Shown here in pieces: positions 36,911 to 48,200 of a DNA stretch of 64,000 nt. Each line of letters begins with the position of its first letter. Positions within the stretch are counted from its first letter, which is position 1. This DNA is from Phoronis australis. Lineage: Eukaryota; Animalia; Phoronida. The DNA lies in NCBI GenBank assembly GCA_002633005.1, contig NMRA01000210.1, positions 310,001-374,000 on the forward strand. The letters are read 5' to 3'. Both the position numbers and the translations under genes were made by a program. The notes beneath the pieces are model-generated. The model was not told the DNA's origin and made no database searches. It was given only the letters and a program-made list of their open reading frames with translations.

Positions 36911-37905
36911 AAGCAGTGTCTGTTGCAATGGGCCTGTAGGTCTAAATAACGTGTCAGCCTTTCTCGTTTGCGTACTTTCCAACACCACTCTCCCACTATT
37001 ATTGTGTACGTGTACTTGAATTCAGTGAAATTTTATAGTTTAGGTTGCAAGCAGACTTGCAAATGAAGTCTACTTAATGGTTTGAAAACTGCTTACCAGT
37101 AATTGTAGATACCCAAACCTACTCGCTTTGTCAAACGTCGTTCAAAAAATATCATTCAAATATAAGGGCTAAAACTCAACAGATAGCTACAACTGAATTA
37201 CCATATGAGTGAACCACAGCTGAGGTGATGGTTTACACCAACGGGTGACAATAAGACAATTGAACGAACAGGACACACATTCATTCAAGTGTTCTAGCCT
37301 TGGTATGAGCAGACATAAATGGTTCACTTGAGGTAGGCAGCTCAACTCATAACTGTCCAACTGCACGGCCAAATATAAACAAAAAAGGAAGCCGCTGGAG
37401 CCAGCTCATAAGATGTGATTAGGGATGGTACACGCCCAACGAAATTGTGGCATAAAATAGCTGTAAAAGGTTCACCCAACAGCAGCAGCATTTCAATACT
37501 TCCAAAGCATACGACAACAGAGGGTGCTTTTGGGCACTTTAAGGGGGAGCCGTGTTGCCACCAGAAGATATATGACAGAAATAACTTTGAAATGACACTT
37601 CTAGTAGAGGCATCCTGCATGTACACATGTGCATCAACTGTGTTCAAATGTGCCAGATGTACCGGTATCTTTGCATGTGTGTAAATTAGTATTTACAAGA
37701 GCTCTAATGTAAATTCAGTGTTAGTGTTCACAATACAAAACATGTGTACCCTGCGTAAACACTGCTGGAAATCTATACTCAGGAGTAAACAGGATCATGT
37801 AAACTGGGATTTAATGAAGAGAGTGTGATCGTGGCATACCTACCACACACATGCTCATACACGACAGCTTTAGGTTGTCCATTCAGTAAATGTTAAATAC
37901 TCCAA

Positions 37906-38144
37906 GGGCCTGCTTCCTGAAGTCTATTGACTTTTGACTTAGCCAAGTCAGAGATCCAACCAAACAATCAAAAGTCGACTGGTTTGGCTTTTAGCCTGCT
38001 TCTGAGCAGGCTAGATTTCTGTCTTTTGGCATAGAGCTCTTAGAGTTTTCCTGACTTACAGTAGCCTGATTTTGTGAAACAGGCCAAACCATCTGCATTC
38101 TTACTTTTAGTCAAAAGACAATAGTCTCTTTGAGACACAGCCCC
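37906..38144. mobile_element. MITE with GGGC-type terminal inverted repeats (PIF/Harbinger-like)
   Basis: Left end gggcctgcttcctgaagtctattgacttttgactta; reverse complement of right end ggggctgtgtctcaaagagactattgtcttttgactaa. Confidence 0.55.
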
Positions 38145-39219
38145 CAAGATTACTACAAGATCGATACAAAAGAAAATGAGATTTTTCATTGATTATATTT
38201 GAAAATTGAGCCTGGAAAATTGCTCTACATCTTTGGGTGAGATCAGCTTCTAACGCACTTACATATAACTTATTTAAGTTATGTTGGTATTACGAGTGTT
38301 GTATTGGAAAAGTTATTCGAATGTTTGAATATCATATAACCACATGCAAAGTGCAGTTCTTCGCTATCGAAGACAAATAAGTTCTGCAATTGACAAAATA
38401 TTCAAAGTGTCAATGCTTCCACTTCCACACACCAAGGTTAGCCCGAGAACAGTGGACTTGACCACTGAACTAAATTCCAATCCCACGAACTGCATTCCTT
38501 TCCCCTTGCACCACAGATACTCTCCCATAACCACCTCCTTACTCACAAAGCATGCTCATGGAAAAGCCATGCTGGCCCAACACAAACGGAATACACTTCC
38601 GGAAGGATTTAAATCTGCAGGTCAAGCAAACCGTTTGCAAGCAATTGAGTCTATGTGAATGAACTTTGATTTTATATCTTTTTATCTTGTTATGCAGTTA
38701 GATTGTCAACGCTGTTGTGATAAGCACATGGATGTGTACACTACCAACAGCAGTTCACAACAACACAGTGCCAATGCAGCAGGACAATTACAATGACCCT
38801 TTCACTCAAATGTTACACATCAACATTAGTGACCACAATTACACAATTCTATACATGAACAATAATTAAAATTACCCTATAAAACAAGCAGATATTTACA
38901 GCAAGGACATTGATGGAAGACCCGGTAAAGTAAGTGACAGAATTGAAACTATAGAACTAATATCAGCATTGGGTCTTTTACAGCTAAAATTGTTTGTTTT
39001 GTAAAAACTAATCGAAAAGTATTTCTAAAAATTAAGCAATCATACATTCACACTATAAAACGAGAGTACCTGAATAGCAATGTCTGTGTGAAAGACAGCA
39101 TCTCCTATTTTCACAGTATAAGTTACAAAAATAAATAATTTGCTAAGCCGAACAAGTAAATTGTGTTTCATTACTCAAAACGCGCAAGACCTCAGTGAAT
39201 ATTTGAGTATGCGTATATT

Positions 39220-42200
39220 TTAGGCACAAGTCTTGCACACTCTCTGAGAGGTCCGTCGTAAAATTTTGTTATAGGTTTCCTTGCAACTTTTTGAGCCCAT
39301 TTTCCTGGACTTGGCCTCAACTGGGGATTGACTACGTGTGCGTTTGCGCTTGAGATTGGTATACTGGAGGCCATCAATGCCGTTCACTTGCTTCTTTAAT
39401 GGCAATGTCTTTCTATTTTCCATTTCTGATTTTTGTTTCTCCATCAATTCATAACGGAACTTTCTCATCTCGGCTAGCACACGTTCGCCTTCCCGAGCAA
39501 CATCATAGCCGGATGACCTCAAGAAGCCCGGCCTTATCTCGGGGCTGTCAGGGGGTTCCGGTAATGACGAATTGTGATGTCTCGAGCTAGGTTTCCCACC
39601 TGAGGGTTGATTCAGAGCATCACAGTCTGCACCTAAATTTTCCCCATCAGCCCCAATTTTGGGCGTGGACGGCGGGGTGCACACCCCAGGAAGGGAATCT
39701 GCCTGACCTTTGCCACTAGCCCCACCTGGTAGTGGAGCCTGTAAGTTCTGTGGCTGGGTCACTCCTGCCTTGGCTGCTGCGATCTTAATTGGCTCCTCAT
39801 TTTTCTTACATGAAGTTTGCTCACCAGGTTTTGATGCAGCTTTTGGCAGATTACCACCCATTAGCAATTTCTTCTTCTGCAACAAGTACATCTCAGGTGG
39901 TGGAGTGGCATTGATGTCCCTAGCTCTGGCTATCATGACTTTACCAGGGCCCGTGTGCGGCTGTAACCAGCCGGGTAGACTAGGCACACTAGTTGTGTGT
40001 GGCTTCTTCACACCATGTCGCTTGTCCCTTATGTTAGTGCACATGGGGGCTGATAGACTTCTGGGTCTACACTTGCGCTTGTACTCGGTGTAGTTCCTAC
40101 GTTCACTACCGAGGTGCAGCGTAACTCGTCGCTGTACTAAGTCCAAACGCTTCACCTTTTTTGCAGCAAACCTCCGCCATATCCTCTTGGCTTTTGCAGT
40201 GTCGGCGACACTCTTAGCACCATCTTCAGGAGATGACGAGGATCTCTCAGGCGGGGGTGTTGGCAGGGTGCCAAGTCGATTGTATTTCTGTTCAACTGCA
40301 TTATAATAACCAGCATAGCGTGCCTAGAAAAACAAGGTATNCCTCATTTTTCTTACATGAAGTTTGCTCGCCAGGTTTCGATGCAGCTTTTGGCGGATTA
40401 CCACTCATTAGCAATTTCTTCTTCTGCAACAAGTACATCTCGGGAGGTGGAGTGGCATTGATGTCCCTAGCTCTGGCTATCATGACTTTACCAGGGCCCG
40501 TGTGCGGCTGTAACCAGCCGGGTAGACTAGGCACACTAGTTGTGTGTGGCTTCTTTACACCATGCCGCTTGTCCCTTATGTTAGTGCACATGGGGGCTGA
40601 TAGACTTCTGGGTCTACACTTGCGCTTGTACTCGGTGTAGTTCCTACGTTCACTACCGAGGTGCAGCGTAACTCGTCGCTGTACTAAGTCCAAACGCTTC
40701 ACCTTTTTTGCAGCAAACCTCCGCCATATCCTCTTGGCTTTTGCAGTGTCGGCGACACTCTTAGCACCATCTTCAGGAGATGACGAGGATCTCTCAGGCG
40801 GGGGTGTTGGCAGGGTGCCAAGTCGATTGTATTTCTGTTCAACTGCATTATAATAACCAGCATAGCGTGCCTAGAAAAACAAGGTATTGTGGATAATATA
40901 ACGAAACAAGAGCAACACAGTTCACTGATATACATGCACATCACATCGAGAACAAATACAAGAGATATTCATTCTTTTAAACATTCCCACTAAATGGAGC
41001 AGTGCCAGTAAACTAAAAAGGGTACTAAACCTCGTTTCGATGATTTTCACTAATCCTCGCTCTGTCAACTGCAAATGCATCATTGACATCAATCTTTCGA
41101 GTTAAAGACAGGAACCAAATAAAAATTCTTAGTCCCAAGGTCACTGATTGGACACTAGGGTCCTTGGTGGGTGGTCTTTACCACAGTTGCTGCGTAATTC
41201 GCTAAAAGCATAGATCACGCACGTCCATTAAGCAGACTTTGAAAGGAACTTTCAAATTTCCCATTGACTTTTGAGGGTTGTTAAGGGTTACAGGGCATGA
41301 TTTTGTTTCACAGAACTGCATCGGACAGTGGTTTGTAGTATCTGTTAATTGGCAAAACCTGGTTTGGTATCGTTTTACACCTATAGATGGTGCAAAGCAA
41401 GTTAGAAATGACCTCCATAGGAACACACCCGACACCATTTATCAGGATTCTTCAAGAAATTTGAACGATAGGGAGGCAAATGACGAAGGACACAAAAATT
41501 AAAAGGCCACTAGGGAATGCAACCTAGGTCAAATCCATCTGAAACAGGGTGGGCGCTGTTGTCCACGTGACAGTAACTCATTTGCCACATTTCATGAACA
41601 ACTACCAACAAAAAACAAAAGTGCCACTAGGTGACTCCACAAATAGTTAGATTTGTCCTAAAATCCAAGTCAGTTGTACTCTTTTCAACAGAAACACATG
41701 CCAAATTTCATGAAGATCCATCAAGACAGAAAAATAAGACAGAAAAATAAAATTGCCACAAGAGGGCATCACAGCAGTCGCTCCACTTCAAAAGCCATCA
41801 TCAGCCATGCACTTTAAATAAGAACACGTATGCCGATTTTCATAAAGATCCTAAGAGTGACTTTGTTGATAAGAGAGGAAGATGCCAAAAAACAGACTAA
41901 AAATATAAAAATGGCCACAGTATGTCGAATATATCCAAAAATAAGGTGTTTTGACTTGTGTATTTCTAGGAACGTGTCAAGGGATGACGACAGCTTTCAG
42001 ACGGACTCAATTACTGTTGTGAATCATAGTGGCAATTTTATTTTTTATGTCTTTCTCTGTTCATTTGGATTTCCTACACAGATTTTCATCGATCAGTGCA
42101 AATAGGTTTCCATTAAAAGCAACCTACATGCAAAATTTTATGATAATTCGTCTAGGAAATCCTAAGATACAGAGGAAAACGTAAAAAAGGAAAATTGACA

Positions 42201-45200
42201 CTAGGGGGCACAGTGGTTGACAGATAAGTCAAAAAATCATTGTTTGTTGTTACTTTCATAGAAATATACTTGCTAAATTTAACAAAGGGAAGCCGTTTTG
42301 AAAATCACTGTCAGCCACCCTCTTCCCAATAGGAACACCTATACCGATTTTCATAATGACCCTTGGAAAGTTTTAGCTGACAGAGAAGCAGATGCCAAAA
42401 ACAGCAAATGGGTCACTTAAGTGACACACCATACATTGAAAGCATCTGAAACTGAAAAAGGCAGCATGGTCTCTTAATATGTAGCCCAAGTGCCAACTTT
42501 TACAAAAATCCATCAACGAACTCTGAGGACACAGAGACAAACAGAAAACAAAATAAAATTACCACTAGGAACCACATGGGTTGTTCAATTAGTCCAAAAA
42601 TTTGCTCATGCTGTCCCACAAATGAAAGCAAAATGCAAACTTTCACATCCATCAAAGGGTTTTGGAGCAACAGCAGTGGATGCTTCCTGGATGCATGGAC
42701 ATAATGACATAACTAACCCAATGCTAGTGCAAAAAATGCTTGAATGATAATGGTCAATTTTCCAACATGTCCATAAATTCCTTTCACGATGAGAGTAGTT
42801 TGTCAGTAGCCCTTAGAATGTGATTCGACTTACAATTCCCACAACACATTTACTTCTCTCAAGACAACAATGAGTCACTACCTACCACTAGCTCCCATGT
42901 ATCATCCTGTTTGTCAACTGGAAGCTCTTCATACAGGTATGGCGGTCGTGTAAAGTTGATTTTTCTCCGCCTCCGGATCACGTCGTCGAAACTTTGGCCA
43001 GGGGGGTCAAGCATCACTGTTAGACATGTAATGTTGTCTGCTCGCAAACCACGCTGCCGCCACCTTTGGAGAGCATGAGTGACTAGGACATTCGATGGAC
43101 TCTCCCGACACACTTCTTCGTAATCCTTTATGAAAAATTAAGACAAAAGTAGACACAAGTCAAACATCAGCCTCCGCTCGTGAATGCAAACTTCAATACT
43201 TGACCAGTAATAAGAATTTTCATACGATTTAGATAAATTAGAGAGATATGAACTACTATGTCGGAGTAAATAAATCCCAATGTGGACTATTATTACTGAA
43301 ACGCCGTTCATATTTTTTCATGAAGAGCAAATCAATGACTGCAAACCAGAAAAACAGCCATTTGTGCAGCACATCAGCTAACTTCTCTACACAACATGAC
43401 AAAAGAACCAAGCAGAAGTTTGTTGGCACACGAACGCACCATTTCAAAGGCGGCCACAGCTTGAAGCCTTTCAGTCTTTCCCACTTTGTGCACAGCCTCA
43501 GTAGGTGAGATCATGTTCCAGAGGCCGTCGGAACCCAGCACCAGGAACCGGTGACGACTGGGGTCTAGTTCTATGACGGACAGGTCAGGCTCTGGGGATA
43601 CGGCGTACTGGTCCGTCAAGGGGTTATGGCTCCACAAGTCACCTATAATGGACAGTACAACATATATCCAGGCAATGGTCACTTGCAGGTAAAAGGTGAG
43701 CAAAATAAAATAGGACACAACATTAATGTAACTAAGAACTACACTCTTACCTGAGTAGACTAAGTTACTAGCACAAAATACTGTTAGACCGTTATTCTGC
43801 AGTTAACACCTGTCAACTGAGAGCAATCTGTAGGCTAACATCTGTAATTGACGCCTCAATTCACTGCTCTTTTATGCACAGCAAATAACCAGACGTGATT
43901 GCAATTCGTTAGCACTCTTTCAATGCCACCATAACCATTTTTTTCTATTAGCACTCTGCCCTATCCAGACACTCCAAATATTAATTTTAAATTACACACT
44001 ACAAATGAGTCTGGACCTGCTCCCAAGACCCCACACAACTGAGGATCATTTCAGATTTACTGATTAGCTCCCTAACTGACCAATCACCAAGATTTTGAGT
44101 GACACCTTAACTGACCAATCAGAACGCAGTATTCTTGACACACCTTCGTTTCCAAGCCCTCATTTTACCCGACAAACACGTTCCCTTATAAAACTTGTTT
44201 GTCTGTTGACATTTCGCAAGGGGGCTGAGCTTGCGATGGGTCAATTTTACACTGTGTTATGCAAATCTTGTTTTTCATATTATTTTTCATTCCGCATACC
44301 CAAAACCTCTTCGTTGTAACTGGAACCCAGCTGTGAAGCAGCTGACCAGTAAACCTTACTCAATCCTGTCAATCTTACTTGTTTTCTGGTCTGAAGTAGA
44401 AAAATGACTATTAATAATATGGTTCTAGATGACAAAAATGGTAATGTTTTTCTAATTTTTCAAATGTTATATACTTAGGACTGTTCCAGCAAAAAATGTA
44501 TGAGAGGGGGAAGGCACTTTCATTTTGTATCCACCACCCATATTTTTCTTTTATTTCTCCAACCCATGACCCATAATTTTTTATTAGATTGAAATATAAA
44601 ATGCAACACTTCTAAACAAATTGCCTCTAGGATGACCTGTTAAGTGCTTAGATGCTCGACAGACAAGAACTATCTGTCTGGTCGAATCTTGGCAAAAACT
44701 AAAGCGGCCAAGAGGGTGGTCGAATCAGAACGAAAATAGACTTCTGTCAGCGCATCCATTCCTGCCATATATCTTTGTGCCAACTTTCATCCAGTTGTGG
44801 CTAGTGCTTTTTGACATAATCAACCCGTCTTGTCAAAACTAAAATGGCCTACACTAGATGCTACAGTAGTAAAATCTGTCCAAAAATCAACTGGTGCCAC
44901 GCATACCAGCTACCTATCTCTTTGACAAATGTCATCATACTTTAAGCGGTTTCAAGATAATCGAATGACAAGCAATGACTTGAGCAATTGAAAATTATCA
45001 AGGGGGTGCCACAGTAGTTGAAGGACCCCCCATAACTTTTTATATCAACTGCACCCCCCCATACGGACTTTACTGGAACATCCTTTATCAATTTCTATAA
45101 ATGATTAGTTTGTTATTATTGTAAGCATTGTGCAGTTCGTTTATTCTTCTCCTTGTGCTTCATCTCAAGCATGTCACAAGTTCCAGAACTTTCCTGTGCT

Positions 45201-48200
45201 ATCCTCGGTTTATGCCACTATTTTATTTACTTTTGCCTGCATTTTACCACTTAAAATAAATGTTTATATATAGAAGAGATTTGCCAAATAAATCTATAGA
45301 ATCTGAAACTTGGACAAGTTGTAGTCACTTTTGTATTCTTGCAATGCTAAAGTATGCCGAAGTTTTGCTTGGTATATTCAATTTCTGAATGCCTGGACCT
45401 AAGCTGACAATATATTTGAATAGCATGCCTCTTGAGCCATAACCAGCCCAAACTTACCTAATGACCTGGCAACAGCTAGGAATGGGATCTCATCGATAGG
45501 AGTACTCCTTCGTATGGGTCCATGGTGTGGTGCCTTGGGCCGGTGCCAGACTACACGCTGCACACCAGCCTTGTTGGCCACTTTGCCACCCATACTTTGG
45601 ATCCGCTTCAGCTCATCNATTATTGTAAGCATTGTGCAGTTCGTTTATTCTTCTCCTTGTGCTTCATCTCAAGCATGTCACAAGTTCCGGAACTTTCCTG
45701 TGCTATCCTCGGTTTATGCCACTATTTTATTTACTTTTGCCTGCATTTTACCACTTAAAATAAATGTTTATATATAGAAGAGATTTGCCAAATAAATCTA
45801 TAGAATCGGAAACTTGGACAAGCAGTAGTCACTTTTGTATTCTTGCAATGCTAAAGTTTGCCGAAGTTTTGCTTGGTATATTCAATTTCTGAATGCCTGG
45901 ACCTAAGCAGACAAACAGATATATTTGAATAGCATGCCTCTTGAGCCATAACCAGCCCAAACTTACCTAATGACCTGGCAACAGCTAGGAATGGGATCTC
46001 ATCGATAGGAGTACTCCTTCGTATGGGTCCATGGTGTGGTGCCTTGGGCCGGTGCCAGACTACACGCTGCACACCAGCCTTGTTGGCCACTTTGCCACCC
46101 ATACTTTGGATCCGCTTCAGCTCATCAGGACTGTCAGGCTTGTGGTCCTGCATAAACCAGAGTGACACATGACTATAGCAAGCTCTCCAAGCTGGTAACA
46201 AACTGAATGCCCTCACACCAACATTAGAAGGTAAAGGATGTAAAGGACACTATAAAGCCAGTCTCTGCACACTGATAAAGTTATACTAGACTAAAATCAT
46301 TTTCAAATGTGCGAAACTAATATTGATACGAACACGAACTGCACCATTAAAGACTTTAAACATGCTCAACTGGCATAAAACAAGTCTAAGTTCTTGCACT
46401 AGTGCATACTGGCAGCGCAGTACAAATTTTAAGATTCATGTGAAAAATTAAAGCGCCCATGCCCTCCACACCTAAAATGTTGTCAGGAACTTTAAAATAC
46501 GTACGGAAACTCACTTGATTACTTGTGCCTAGTTTGAAGTTGTGATATGTTGAACATGGCAGGTTGTTTTCTGGCATACAGTTCATGTTTGGTAAAACAT
46601 TACGCAAAGCATCTCTGAACTACTACATATGGTTCTAAGACCAAATTCACCCACGTAGCAGCATATTCCTAAAGTGAGCTCTCTTGTCAACACTCTAAAT
46701 TTACTTGGCACCAAGAGGAAAGTGTCATACTCGCCTAAGTTACCGTCCACTCGCACAGGCCATTCAGATTGAAAAAGTAAAACTAAAAATCAAAGTCTGT
46801 GTAAAGCACAGCATGGGTTCATAAAAATAATCAGAAATACGAGTTAGGCATTTAGCCGAACGACTTATTTAACTAAAACACACCACAGACTGTTGCATTG
46901 ATGTCAGATAGTTCACATGCAAGAGCATTAGTACAAGGTTAGCCAAACGTGTTGGCTTTTGGTAACTTTAAGTCTCTCTAGACAAGATGGGTGTTCACAA
47001 GGACATGGGTGACCCACGGATATCTAAATTGGGTGTAGGCGTACGACCAAGCACAGGTTAATGTATTAAAAATGCAGGGTGCTTAATATGTGCTTGACGC
47101 TGTACAGTATGTTTCAATCCTGTGACATTCCAACCTTTGTCAGAGACTTGGGACTCAGGTCAACAGCTCCTATCTTTTGCCCAACATCCTCAGCCAGAAC
47201 AATTCCAGAGTCACCAACATGACCAACGTAGAGCTTATTCTTCTTGAGGATGGCTATGCTAGCCGTGGTGCCGGCTGTGCTCGGGTGTATATTGGAACGC
47301 TTGGGCCACTTGGCTGAAAATTTGTAAAAATTCATGACAACTTGCTGGGTAGTCCTTTATACTCGTTGCAAATTACATTATGATGACTGGAAGTAAAATC
47401 CAAGGTAAGATATCAAGGTTATGTAGGAACTTACAAACAAGTCTGTGTACTTACCCTAATTACTACAAAACTATAGAAATCAACTCTGTGATAGTGTATA
47501 CGTTCTGACAGTAGCCTTTCATTTTTACCATTATATACAAATACACGGATATTCCTGGACTACGCCTTTGACTTTTACCATTATATACAAATACACGGAT
47601 ATTCGTGGACTGCGCCTTTGACTTTTACCATTATATACAAATACACGGATATTCCTGGACTACGCCTTTGCGCCATTAGTGCATAGAAATAAAAAGGCGC
47701 AACTGTGTTGCAGCAGTGCACCCCACAGGCGCATCTTTTAAAAAGAAACACTCTTCCAAAAATGCAAGATTCTAGTCAACTTTAGTTCAGCCAGTCGGGT
47801 AAAACACGTCTGTTCTTACTGTATTTTGATTGCCCTTGGGGTTTCTGTTTCATAAGTAACCACTTTGATAGCACGAAGTCTGTTGGGCCGCAACGTTTCG
47901 AAAAAGGGCACACTTTTTATCATCAGGTGCACCCAAAGGGTACAGGTTCAAACCTGGTCAGATTATCCCTGGCAGAAAATACGTCATTAACTGGGCCATT
48001 TTGACCATATTCTTTCAGTGTAATTTAGTAAAAAAAAAGGTGCAGTCAAAGCAAAACAACGGTATCAAGAACACGGCCAAATTTCATTTGTTACAAAATT
48101 ACAAAAACTCAAAAACACTGTTAGCTTTCTAAGATATAATTCCATTAATGAAAACAAATTAATAATTGATAAAACAGTAAGTGGTCGTGTTATTGATGCT

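Noticed and set aside
37342-38658. ORFs of ~90-104 aa between TANGO6 and PPM1D
   Set aside because: No domain-like motifs on either strand; more likely 3' UTR or intergenic sequence of the convergent genes.
39710-40640. Plus-strand ORFs of 127 and 135 aa
   Set aside because: Antisense shadows of the PPM1D last exon and its duplicate.
1361-47670. Short tandem repeats (24, 26, 18 and 50 bp) and the ~150-bp arrays as possible CRISPR arrays
   Set aside because: Units are contiguous without unique spacers, there are no cas genes, and the context is eukaryotic and intronic.
47946-47956. Pol III B-box (ggttcaaacc) as a tRNA or SINE
   Set aside because: No recognisable A box or tRNA-like stem upstream.
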